Assembly: GCF_040938485.1 (NCBI RefSeq) | Contig: NW_027272213.1 | Coordinates: 248,001 to 312,000, forward strand | DNA: 64,000 nucleotides | Reading direction: 5' to 3' | Origin: Diadema antillarum | Lineage: Eukaryota | Shown: piece after piece, positions 27,003 to 40,373 of the stretch | Position numbering within the stretch: the first letter of the stretch is position 1 | Layout: the number at the start of each line of letters is the position of its first letter | The notes under the pieces: generated by a model | Told to the model about the DNA's origin: nothing | Databases searched by the model: none | What the model saw: the letters and a program-made list of their open reading frames with translations, nothing else | Translations under genes and position numbers: made by a program

Positions 27003-30000
27003 ATGAAAGGCGCGCTTCTTTTAGCGATTGTTGCCCTGCTGGTCCCGGGCTTTCTCGCCGTACCGGTCGGCAGCGGGGTTCTCGACAGAGTCGCTCGAGA
27101 CGCACATCTTCAGAAGGATGAGCCAGTGGTAAGCACAGTAATCAAAATTGATCTCTATTCTAACTATTGTTTCATTCCTCTCTTGATTGCTCGTTTTCTT
27201 TTCAGTTTCATATAGTTGATACATTTGTTACACTATAATAACAACGTTTTGTTACAGTATATGCAAACAACAAACAATATTATTTCCATCTTTGCGTTTT
27301 TTCTTGTTGTTCTTCAGGAAACCCCTCCCCCTAAGAAAGAAGTGGATCTCTCCGTCTCCGAAGAGAAACCCGTGGCATCCCACCAGGAGCCCAAAGATGA
27401 AGAAAATACTCCAGGAACTTTTCAGGGAGACATGATGTTGACCGATGAACAACTGAGGGAAGTCATGGAGGCCATCGATGAAGAGAAAGCTGGTCGCAAG
27501 AAGAGGAAGGCTGTATCGAACACTTTGACCCGCTGGAATCAGAACATCGTGCCTTATGAAATCTCCGGTTCATCGAGTAAGTTTATAACATTTACCTAAA
27601 GTCAATTCAGTTTGAATTTCAGTTTGAAGTTGAATTTTCAGTGACGTATAATAATGTATCAAACATAATTCACCAACGATACATCTTTCTTGATATTCGG
27701 CCTTTTATGATAAATATTATGGTCATATTTAATATGGTCACATTTGATTATGATTATAATATGTCTGCTTCGGCAAACAAATCGCGAATTTTATACAAAA
27801 TGTAGTCCTTATCATTGATTGGGATTTTTCCCTGTTGTGAACGATCTTGGAAAGCTAATTGTTGTCATCTTGTTGATTGTATTTTAGGTAATGATGTTGA
27901 TGTGATCGGGGCTGCCATGGACCACTGGGAACAGCACACCTGTTTGAGATTCGAACCTCGAACCTCACAGCACTCCAGTCAATTGGGACACGGAACCTAT
28001 CTGAACTTTATCAAGGGTGGTGGATGCTGGTCCTACGTTGGAAGGTTCTCCTCATCAAGCAACACGCCCAGAGCTCAGGAAATTTCCATCGGATCTGGAT
28101 GCGAATACGTGAGTTTACTGTTATTCTTGAGTCGCTGTGTTCATTTTAATAAATTTCCAAATACATAATCCCAGTGATTAAAATTTGGTTTGCCTTTCCA
28201 GTGTTTACAGGTACAATCTTTTATCTGCGTTTATGTACAGTGCAGTGGTTGCAAAAGATGCGGTAAATTATCACTAGGAAGACTGGAAAAAGTGTGCCAG
28301 TAGTTATAGATTCAAAATCTGTATTTTGTCGGTGATGTATTATGATCTTTAATTCCTATCTTTGATTCCCTGTGGTTCTCATTTTTCTTTATTCCCCTTT
28401 CAACAACAGCTTGGCATCGTCGCCCATGAGATCGGCCACGCCATCGGTTTCCATCACGAGCAGTCTCGCCCTGACAGGGACGATTACGTCACGGTCCATT
28501 TCGAAAACATCCAGTCGGGATTCGAAGGCAACTTTGAGAAATATTCCTGGAACCAAATAACAACCAGCAACGTTGAATACGACATCGGATCGGTGATGCA
28601 CTACGGATCTCATGTAAGTTTCAAATTTGAAATTGAGTCTGTGGTTAGAAGATTATAATGACCCTAATGCCTAATACTAATGATGAAAGCAGAACGGTGA
28701 ATTCGGTGAGGCTCTAGGATGTCCTAATATATGCCTTTTCTTGTATTTTTCTGTATCTTCATTACCCTTTATAATTCTTCTCATTGCAGAAAAGTAATGT
28801 CTCACGTTAATTTCTATGTTAAGTCTCATCTTAAGTATGTATATTTATCCTTGTACGCAGGGTTTCTCCTCCAACGGCCAACCAACCATCACCACAAACG
28901 ACCCTCTGCAGATGCATCGCCTTGGAAACCGAGAGGGCCTCAGCTTTGCTGACATCAAACTTGCCAATCTCATCTACAACTGCAACGACGGCTGTACTAG
29001 CACACTGTCCTGCCAAAATGGCGGCTACCAGGGTCCCAACTGTGACTGCGTGTGTCCTCCAGGATTCAGCGGAGACCTGTGTGAGAACGGTGACGGCCCA
29101 ACGGAGCCCGAAGGATGTGTCTACAGACTGACCGATCCCGAAGGAGAGATCATGTCACCAAACTACCCGAATAACTATGACAACAACCAGAATTGCCTGT
29201 ACATGATTGAGGTGAGATATTTTGATTACCCCACCAAATTTGTATTTGCACCTAGCGTAATTACATACCACTTTTTGAATAGGTAATTTTACTTTTTCCC
29301 TATAGATAACATCTTTGTACATTTTAAATGTTGCTCGTTGATTGTTACCACTTCTTAATTAGTCTTAAGTGGATTGGGTAATAAATATCATGAAAATATT
29401 CACACTATTTTCATTCCTCCATTGACCTTTCTAGGGAGCTCCAGGTGCTACGATCACACTCACCTTCGTCGACATGGACATCGAGTCCCACACTACCTGC
29501 GCCTACGACTCTGTTGAGGTCCGCACTGGAGATGTTAGCTCGCCGGGACTGAAGTTTTGCGGCACCGCCCTACCTGGGGAGCAGGTGTCGACCGGAAACC
29601 AGCTACTGGTGGCCTTCACATCAGACTACAGCGTGACAAGGCGTGGCTTCAAGGCTACCTATGTCATCAATAATCCTGAACCTCCAACTACACTCCCGAG
29701 TACGACCAACGGTCTTGGAGAATTCGTCGGTACTTGTGGAGGAGATTTCTTGGGGAACAGTGGGACGATGGCCTCTCCAAACTACCCAGACAACTACGAC
29801 AACGGCTTGCAGTGCGTCTACACCATCGAGGTTGATTCTGGTCGTCGAGTCGAACTCAGCTTCCACGATTTGCTGATTGAGGATCAAAGGAGGTGCAGCT
29901 GGGACTACCTTGAGGTGGACCTCGGAGAAGGAGTCAAGGTGCCAATGAAGTAAGCATTGCTATCATGTCATTAATCACATCCACACACTTTAACTGAGCG

Positions 30001-30387
30001 TCATCATTCATTCACTCTTCTCTGATTTAGGTACATAATGGAGTGTTTGATAGCATGGACCTATGATATTGAAAATTTGGTATGGTGGAGAATTCGAGAA
30101 TTCCTTATCAGTTAAGAAAGTTAATCACTATAATCATCATGATTTTTCACTTAATAAGTAGATTGAATTAGGCAAAGTTAACGGTTGCCATTTCACAATA
30201 TCGCCCGATATCAAAAATACTAACCGACTGTTTCGCTATTTTATATTACTTTCTCAGGTTGTGTGGGTCCGACTATCCGATTGGTTCTCTGGTTTCTATT
30301 GGTAACAAAATGGAGCTGATTCTAAGGACTGACGGAAGCGTGACAGATAGGGGCTTTGCTGCAATCTACCGTGCAATCGACCTGTAA
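27003..30387 (+). CDS. Astacin metalloprotease, BP10/SpAN-like (gene C), complete, 601 aa, short linker
   Basis: Exons 27003-27128, 27318-27576, 27888-28108, 28410-28613, 28861-29211, 29435-29949, 30258-30387 (1806 nt, open). [19 protein letters not shown], 2 CUB. Confidence 0.95.
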
Positions 30388-31398
30388 GAAGCATCACCGA
30401 AGACACCTCGAATTCCATAAACTCGAAATAACCTTTCCGATTGTAGTCTACGAAAACGTAGTGCTTACAAATTACATAGAAAGAAAGAAATAGTATGAGT
30501 CAGAAAATTATCTTATTCCCTTCTGCGTTTGCTAGTTTGTTTGTATGTTTGTCTTTTATTTTGCAAAGGCCGTTGTTATGAATTTACAGTAAGATTAATT
30601 TGATCTGTTTACTCTTTGAGCATTCGAGATTAGTGAAAAAATAAATGAACCTGATTGACGGAAAGGGAATATTTCTTCTAGAAGCCTTAAATTGTTTTAA
30701 AGGAGAGATCTAACCAATGTTGCTTGAAATGACGATAAAGACAGGATTTTGTGTGCATTCTGCAGAGCTGAACCTTAGCCATAGACTATTATTGTTCGTG
30801 CTATAGAAATACTGAAATGTCAAAAGCCAAGATTATTGTCCAAAAAATCTTGCATGTATATTCGAACTGTGTCTTGACATCCGTCTGGTACGGCTGGAAA
30901 CTTATTTCGCTGAAAGAATTATATTCCAGGTATCTCATCTATGCATTGATTGTATTTATGATACTTTGTGTGTTGGAATTTGTGATTGTATTTATGGAAC
31001 ATTGTGTAATGAAATTTACGATTGCACATTAATCTATGTATTTATAACTTAACCGTCTGGGACGGCTGGTAGCGAGTCAAAATATGATATTAAAATGTTT
31101 TGATAATTATGAATATAACGCGTCATCGTAATGATCATTGATTTGTTGAACTCATGTCATGTACGATGAATGGAAATGTGTGGAACATGAAAGTGTGTGA
31201 CTGTTTGTGTGTTTCCTGTGCATGTTTGGAGGGTATACAACAGACATGTCAATGTCAGTGATCGTGAAGATGTTTCTTTCTATTTGAAAAGTCTTCAAGT
31301 CAGTTTTTTCGTAACACAATCCTGAAGACCTTCCCAATTTGTCTCTGCAAAACTCTCTGATCCTTTGTCATCCATATTCATTGATCTTTCTCTCCCTT

Positions 31399-31449
<51 letters not shown>

Positions 31450-31588
31450 CTAGCCTGTATGTATATTCTGCATTATGTTCATAAAATTTGTGAACATAAT
31501 GTTTGAGTAAGTATCCTCAATCATATGCTCATTTGTTTTATCCCTCCCCTCCCCCCTTAGTAATACTCATGCAGGCAGAAAAACAGTA

Positions 31589-31633
<45 letters not shown>

Positions 31634-31858
31634 GTATGTATATAGATATATATATATACATATCTTTCTTGTGGCGCGGGGATGGAGCCCCAAGATTATT
31701 AGTTTTATGAGCATCATGGCAATGAACACAATATAACACACAAACTTAACAATATAGAAACACATGCAACAGTCTACAGTATGAATTTGTAATTGATAGA
31801 TGTTAGTATATAGCACATAAAATATTAGGGGAAATAGAATATGAGAAAATATGTAACA

Positions 31859-31994
31859 NNNNNNNNNNNNNNNNNNNNNNNNNNNNNNNNNNNNNNNNNN
31901 NNNNNNNNNNNNNNNNNNNNNNNNNNNNNNNNNNNNNNNNNNNNNNNNNNNNNNNNNNNNNNNNNNNNNNNNNNNNNNNNNNNNNNNNNNNNNN
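31859..31994. other. Assembly gap (136 N)
   Basis: Seen directly; flanks match paralogous sequence at about 41041-41230. Confidence 0.97.
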
Positions 31995-34535
31995 AGTGAG
32001 GGAAAAGTTGAGATTACTGACCAGGTCTTGATGCAATTTGTTAATTTTTTCCTGGTACTGTTTCAAAAACCATTTTATTCCAATAACACAAAAAGTAGAC
32101 TCATTGTTCAATCTCATTTTTTCTCACAAAAAAAAAATCATTTTATAGCAATTTCATTCAATATAAGATCCATTCTCTCCACCATCTCATCATATCTCAG
32201 ATTTTCATATTATTCTGTGCGTAAGACAAGACAAACTGGCAGTACAATGTATCATGCACCACGCAGTGTTTGCTGCCACCAGGCTATCGTGATCTGTCAG
32301 ATATAATCAGAATCTTGGATATACATTGTATGCAATGATGTATTTGACTTCACATACATCAGAGATGACCTGAGAGAGTATATTGACAATCACCACTACA
32401 ACATAAAGAGCTTCATTTCTAGAAATAGAAACTGTTGAACTCTTCCAACTTTCACCCATACAATTGCGGAAAAATGAAAAAACTCATTGTACACTGCATT
32501 ACCACTTCGGTAGTATTTAAGTGTGGTTTTTTCTTTTGATACCCTGTTTTCACAGACAATACAAATATTAAAACTATGTTATCTTTGAAATTTATCAAGT
32601 ATTTTAAGGCATTGCCTCCGGAGATTTTCCCCTTTATTATGCACATAATTTTATGCAAAGAAAGGGCAATATAGATTTATGTCAAGTTAAGAAGCAGAAG
32701 GGCAAACAAGAAGAGGCTACATATCCTCTATTAGATCAAAATATGAAATGGGTGGTATACACCAGTGCAAAAAGAGTATAGAAACTGGGCATTATGTAAA
32801 TATGAAGTATGAACAATTCCATTTCATCACTCAGCAGAGTTAAAGTGATTGCATTTCACCTTCATTTTAACCTTCTTTTATTTCTGCTTGTGAAGCTGCC
32901 TAACTTGACATTTCTAAGACAACAGAATTGCTACATAATGTCTTTATAGTAAATATGTCAAGTATATATGCATCAGACCCCCGGTGCGTTCATATGCACG
33001 CAACACACACGAATTTCCGACGCTTACCATAGATACTCAGTCCCAGATGATCGACATTTCAATTGACAGAGTACGTCTGCTTGTCCATGTTTACTGTTAT
33101 ATGAACAATTTTATATAAGGAAACATGTCATTTCGATAATTTTCGCCGTAGGATCCTTATGGAACTCTTTTCATTTTGTAGGGTATTTGCTCGATAGATA
33201 AAAAACAAACAAACTAAATGTAACATCATTCGTAGCTATCTCGCCGCTCGCATGACACATGAAAACAGATATGTAGTGATATGCTCACTCTACTTACTGT
33301 ACCTGTACATGTATTATCATTCATCATTTAATGCAAAAATACGATTGTATTATAAGCAGAGATGGAGATAAACTTCAGCCTTCAAGTATCAAGCTTGTCG
33401 TTTATTTACAGTTTTCTCTTTCAAACAAAGACATTCAGAAGTATGTTGTGGGTTCTTAGAAAGTTTTCCCTTTAAAATAGCACACTGTCTACACAGGAAA
33501 ACACTCGATTGATGGTAGACAAAAGCAACATCCACTCTTTCTTAGTTCTCAAGATTGTTAGAACCATTCCTTTTCAGGTCGTATAACGAATATGTAATCA
33601 CAATAACAAGAGAGACACATTCAAAATACTATATATACACACTGAAATGAGTTTTGGTACCCAATACCAAACGCCAAATTTAAGAGTATACCCGTTTCCT
33701 ACCGGAACCTAGTAGCCCGTGTATTATTCTTAGGGGATTTTAGAATTCATTATGGAACGGGGTTATTCTCACACTTACTAGTATATTAACAGAGATTATT
33801 GGGATTATCAACCATAAAAAGCCGGATCCAGCCGTATTATAGCAAGGTGATACACCATGAGTAACCTTCAAATTTCCAAAACCCAGAATAAATTTGGATA
33901 TTTCGCCACCATAGGTCATGCGAAACAACTCGTTATGGTGATTGGTCCCAGATCTTATTTTCGTATAAAGCAGCATTCTATAAAAGTGGTACAACTAAAC
34001 GACGGACGTAAATCTTTGTGAGATATCCTCTTCCCGCACAAAACTTCGGAAGGTATTGCTACCAATAATTTAGTCATATTTTTGTTCTTTTGCGATTGTT
34101 TGGATTGACTGTGCTGTTTGACCGGATATCCCTTGCTTTTGAAATGCATCCAGTAGTTGCGGTGGTGTTCCTCCATTCTAACAGATAAACTGATTAAGTG
34201 ATAACCGTTTGTGTTTTATTTCATAAAAAGGTGCATATGATAACATCATCGAATTATAGTGCTGATACAAAGACATCCCATTTCCGCAATAGTAATAATC
34301 AATCATTATCTTCCTATGTTGAAGGATAGATAATACAGTTAGGTCCACTTAAATTAACAATACTGTATTTTTGTCATTAGTAATAATTGTCAAATGTCAA
34401 AAAAAAATACTTCGCAGTGGGAAACTTTACTTGTGCTTCTCCCTATAGGAACCTACTCTTAGTAAACCATTTCAAGTTTCATATGCTCCCGGCACAAAAA
34501 AGAAAAGAAAAGAAACACACACACACACACACACA

Positions 34536-34581
<46 letters not shown>

Positions 34582-34673
34582 CCGCCGGTAGCAGACAAGG
34601 CACTTTATGCTTTACAGCATTGAGCACTTTTCAATCCTCAACAAACTACATATTCCCGACGGATGTATACCAA

Positions 34674-34721
<48 letters not shown>

Positions 34722-35510
34722 TTGTATCACAAATGTTCCACCTCCCATCATTATATCGTCTTGAAAGTGACGTACCACCAGGCTCTGCTCATTGAGGCGA
34801 CTGTATTCGCTTATAATTAGACTCTGTGTTAGGAAATTGTTTGTCTTACTTGTTTTAACTGCACAGTCATGTGTTATTTATCAACTTGAATGTAATCAGT
34901 TTGTGTCACGTGTTATCCGGTAAAAGTGGAAATAAATGTGAATTTGATTGGTGTTTTTGAAATCGAAAGATTAAACAAAATGCGCAATGGCAAAAACAAC
35001 AGTGACATGAAACATGATATCATAGCTATAAATTCATGACGTGACTGCGACGAGCTTGCGCGTTCGTGCGTTGCGCTGTTTACGAGTCCCCATTAAGTAT
35101 CAGAGTCAAGTGCAAACACAGGGGGCCCCTTATAGCTATTACCACAGGCGGATGCTGATACGGTAAACTGGTTCAAGACAATGTGGACTGCGAACGGAAA
35201 TATCATCTATATATTACTTAAAGAGAACAGCAGAGTCATGTTGATTTATTCTTTGAAAGAAATGATGACTTCAAACAGTTGCCTTAAGGTCGCAATAAAA
35301 ATTACTTTAGCGAAGCGGTAGCTCCCCGCCCCCTTGACGTCGGAATCATTAAGATCACTAATCAAGCGTGCTTGAAAAAGATTGGCATTGTCAGTGACAT
35401 TTGAAAAAGAAAACAGAAGAGGGGTAGTGACGACATTCACTTAGTTGAGCAACATGCAAACAGTAGCCATTTGTCAGCAGTATTTGTCGTGGTACATCGA
35501 CCGTGTGGGG

Positions 35511-35553
35511 GAAGATATAAATATGGCTGGACTGACCAGTTTTCTTCAGATCG
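35511..35553 (+). promoter_or_regulatory. Core promoter of gene D: TATA (35516-35523), Inr-like TCAGAT (A at 35548)
   Basis: GAAGATATAAATATGGCTGG; 32-nt spacing conserved. Confidence 0.78.
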
Positions 35554-35697
35554 CTCATCAAGAACAAAGTGCGACACATCAATCTAGAAGGGAGAAACGA
35601 CGAAGTCAACTGTCAGCGTTAAAGAGAAGACAGCAGAGATTTTGAATCTAAGAAATCATTAGAGACTGAAAAGCGCAAGTTAGTATTAGATCTCAAG

Positions 35698-38600
35698 ATG
35701 AAAGCTGCACTAGTAGTAGTGGTGGTTGCTCTACTCGCCCCAGGTCTTCTCGCCGGACCGGTCGGCAGCGGCGTCCTCGACAGACTCGCTCGAGACGTGC
35801 GTCCTCAGAAGGATGAGCCGGTGGTAAGCACAGTTAGATATTCACGAGTTCAAGTTTAGTTTCGTCTTGTTTCTTTTGCTCAGATTCTAAAACACCACCA
35901 ATATTGCAGCACTTTTGATAAAAAATGGTTTGCTAAACTCCGTTCATTAACATCCCAGTTCACCTCCATTCTTGTTGTTTTTCAGGAAACCCCTCCCCCT
36001 AAGAAAGAAGTGGATCTCTCCATCTCCGAAGAGAAGCCCGTGGCATCCCACCAGGAGCCCAAAGATGAAGAAAATACTCCAGGGACTTTTCAGGGAGACA
36101 TGAAGATGACTGATGAACAGTTGAGGGAAGTCATGGAGGCCATCGATGAAGAGAAAGCTGGTCGCAAGAAGAGGAAGGCTGTATCGAACACTTTGACCCG
36201 CTGGAATCAGAACATCGTGCCTTACGTCATCTCATCTTCATCTAGTAAGTTCTGGAACCTGTATGATATCAACAATGAAGAGAGGACGTGGGCAATTTAG
36301 ACTTTGGGCTCTCTTTAAGATATCATCTGTAGGTTTCGTCACCTGTAGGCCGGTAAATCTACTGTATTTCAAGTCTTAGAGACAGGACTTTGAAGATATA
36401 GATTCTACACAAATATAACTGGTATTCGTTGATAACACTTTATATAATGATATTTTCATTCTTGAGGCTCAGTATCTTCATCTTGTTGGCTGTGTTTCAG
36501 GCAGTGATATCAACGTGATCCACGACCATTTGATCATACTTAATAATGATCATTTATGCCTTCTTCGGCAAACAAAAACACAAATTCTGTACCAAATGTA
36601 GTCAGAATCATTGATTGTGATTTTTTTCGTGGTGTAAAGTTCTTGGTAGGCTCATTATCATGTTGTCATCTTGTTGATTGTATTTCAGGTGATGATGTTG
36701 ATGCGATCCGGGCTGCCATGGATCACTGGGAGCAGCACACCTGTTTGAGATTCGAACCAAGAACCTCACAGCACGCCAGTCAGCTGGGACACGGAACCTA
36801 TCTGAACTTTATCAAGGACGATGGATGCTGGTCCTACGTTGGAAGGTTCTCTTCATCCAGCGATTCGCCCACAGCTCAGGATATTTCCATCGGATCTGGA
36901 TGTGAAGACGTGAGTTTGCTGCTATAGCTGATTTTGTAACACGCGTAATATTCTTTTGATTTGATACCAAATCATTACACATCATTCGATTTCAAATCAA
37001 TTATTTCCTAATCCGTAGTTCCAGGAAGGTACATTTTTTTTAATGTAAGTGTTATGCAAATAATATACAAAAGTTGTTATGGTTTGGGTTCGCCCCCCCC
37101 CCCTTCATTAGTGCGGATATACAATGTGATGAATACAATGAGATCTTATTGCGGCAATATAACACCAGTGAAGCATGTCACAATCAGGCAATAGTAGCCC
37201 GTAGATGTGAATTCAGATTTGGTATTTTGGAAGAGATGAATTTCGTTTATGAATCCTTTTTCTTCATTTCCAATCAATAACTCCTTTCTTTTAATTCTAC
37301 CAACAACAGCTCGGCGTCGTTGCCCACGAGATTGGCCACGCCATCGGTTTCCATCACGAGCAGTCTAGACCTGACAGGGACGATTACGTCACAGTCCATT
37401 TTGAAAACATCCAGTCTGGATTCGAAGGCAACTTTGAGAAATATTCCTGGAACCAAATAACAACCAGCAACGTTGAATACGACATCGGATCCCTCATGCA
37501 CTACGGATCTCGTGTAAGTTTTCATGATTTGAAATCTATTAGGATATAACTGACATGTTCATTTTCTTCCCTTTCTACCCTGAACTGTAAATCATGGGAA
37601 GCTATAAATCAGGTATGATAAACAATGTGGACCGGAAACGTAGGCCATCTTTTACTGGCAAGTTCGAATAGGCTAACTTTGTTTGAAAGCGTTGATATTA
37701 TTATAATACCTCCTCTTTTTTCTTTCATACCACGCAGGGTTTCTCCTCCAACGGCCAACCAACCATCACCACAAACGACCCTCTGCAGATGCATCGCCTT
37801 GGAAACCGAGAGGGCCTCAGCTTTGCTGACATCAAACTTGCCAATCTCATCTACAACTGCAACGACGCCTGTACTAGCCCACTGTCCTGCCAAAATGGCG
37901 GCTACCAGGGTCCCAACTGTGACTGCGTGTGTCCTCCAGGATTCAGCGGAGACCTGTGTGAGAACGGTGACGGTCCGACGGAACCCGAAGGATGTGTCTA
38001 TAGACTGACCGATCCCGAAGGAGAGATCATGTCACCAAACTACCCGAATAACTATGACAACAACCAGAATTGCCTGTACATGATTGAGGTGAGATATTTT
38101 GATTACCCCACCAAATTTGTATTTGCACCTAGCGTAATTACATACCACTTTTTGAATAGGTAATTTTACTTTTTCCCTATAGATAACATCTTTGGACATT
38201 TTAAATGTTGCTCGTTGATTGTTACCACTTCTTAATTAGTCTTAAGTGGATTGGGTAATAAATATCATGAAAATATTCACACTATTTTCATTCATCCATT
38301 GACCTTTCTAGGGAGCTCCAGGTGCTACGATCACACTCACCTTCGTCGACATGGACATCGAGTCCCACACTACCTGCGCCTACGACTCTGTTGAGGTCCG
38401 CACTGGAAATGTTAGCTCGCCGGGACTGAAGTTTTGCGGCACCGCTCTACCTGGGGAGCAGGTGTCGACCGGAAACCAGCTACTGGTGGCCTTCACATCA
38501 GACTACAGCGTGACAAGGCGTGGCTTCAAGGCTACCTATGTCATCAATAATCCTGAACCTCCAACTACACTCCCGAGTACGACCAACGGTCTTGGAGAAT

Positions 38601-39270
38601 TCGTCGGTACTTGTGGAGGAGATTTCTTGGGGAACAGTGGGACGATGGCCTCTCCAAACTACCCAGACAACTACGACAACGGCTTGCAGTGCGTCTACAC
38701 CATCGAGGTTGATTCTGGTCGTCGAGTCGAACTCAGCTTCCACGATTTGCTGATTGAGGATCAAAGGAGGTGCAGCTGGGACTACCTTGAGGTGGACCTC
38801 GGAGAAGGAGTCAAGGTGCCAATGAAGTAAGCATTGCTATCATGTCATTAATCATATCCACACACTTTAACTGAACGTCATAATTCATCCACTCTTCTCT
38901 GATTTAGGCACATAATGGAGTGTTTGATAGCATGGACCTATGATATTGAAAATTTGGTATGGTGGAGAATTCGAGAATTCCTTATCAGTTAAGAAAGTTG
39001 ATCACTATAGTTATCATGATTTTTCAGTTAATAAGTAGACTGAATTAGACAAAGTTAAGAGTTGCCATTTCACAATATTGCCCGTTATTAAAAAGTACGA
39101 TACTAACCGACTGTTTCGCTATTTTATATTACTTTCTCAGGTTGTGTGGGTCCGACTATCCGATTGATTCTCTGGTTTCTATTGGTAACAAAATGGAGCT
39201 GATTCTAAGGACCGACGGAAGCGTGACAGATAGGGGCTTTGCTGCAATCTACCGTGCAATCGACCTGTAA
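35698..39270 (+). CDS. Astacin metalloprotease, BP10/SpAN-like (gene D), complete, 601 aa; B-like 5' half, C-like 3' half
   Basis: Exons 35698-35823, 35986-36244, 36689-36909, 37310-37513, 37738-38088, 38312-38826, 39141-39270 (1806 nt, open). [19 protein letters not shown], 2 CUB. Confidence 0.95.
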
Positions 39271-40333
39271 GAAGCATCACCGAAGACACCTCGAATTCCA
39301 TAAACTCGAAATAAGCCTTCCGTTGAAGTCCGCGAAAACGTATTGCTTACACGTAGAAAGAAAGAAATATTATGAGTCAGGAAATTATCACATTTCCTTC
39401 TTATTTTGCTTGTTTGTTTGTATGTTTGTCTTTTATTTTGGAAATTTCGTTATTATGATTTTACAGCAAGATTAATTGTTTCTGTCCACTCCTGAGCATT
39501 CGAGATAATAGTGGAAAAAAATGAACCCGAGTATAACGGAAATGGAATATTTCTTTTAGAAGCCTTAAATTGCTTTAAGAAGAAATCTAACCAATTTTGT
39601 CGAAGTGATGATAAGAATAGGATTTTGTGTTCATTCTGCAGGGCTGAACCTTTGCCATAGACTATTACTGTTAGTGCTATAGAAATACTGAAATGTGAAA
39701 AGCCAAGAGTATTGTTCTAAAAATTTGCATGTATATTCGAACTGTGTCTTGATATCCGTCTGGTACGGCTGGCTAACTTGTTTCGTTTAAAGAATTATAT
39801 TCCAGGTATCTCATCTATGCATTGATTGTATTTATAATACTTTGTATGTTGGAATTTGTGATTGTATTTATGAAACATTGTGTAATGAAATTTACGATTG
39901 CACATTAATTTATATATTTATAACTTAACCGTCTGGGACGGCTGTTATAGTGAGTCAAAATATATTAAAATGTTTGGATAATTATAAAACATAACAGGCA
40001 ATCGTAATATGATCATTGATGTGTTGAACTCATGTCATGTATGATGAATGGGTATGTGTGGAACATGGAAGTGTGTGACTGTGTTTGTGAGTTTCTTGTG
40101 CATGTTTGGAGGGTATACGACATAGACATGTCAATGTCAGCGATTGTGAAGGTATTTTTATCTATTTGAGCAGTCTTCAAGTTAGTTTTTCGTAACACAA
40201 TCCTAAAGGCTTTCACAATTCATCTCTGCAAAACTCTCTGATCCTTTGTCATTCATATATATATATATTCATATATAAGATGAAGAAGTAGAGTGGTAAT
40301 GCATTTTGACAGTCCAACAGTGCTATTTATTCA

Positions 40334-40373
40334 GACCAAATTTTCGACGAATACATTCGTCTTCCTCAGGGTC
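40334..40373 (-). ncRNA. Minimal type-I hammerhead ribozyme motif (left arm)
   Basis: GACC-CUGAGGA-A-GACGAA(UGUA)UUCGUC-GAA-AAUU-U-GGUC. Confidence 0.75.
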
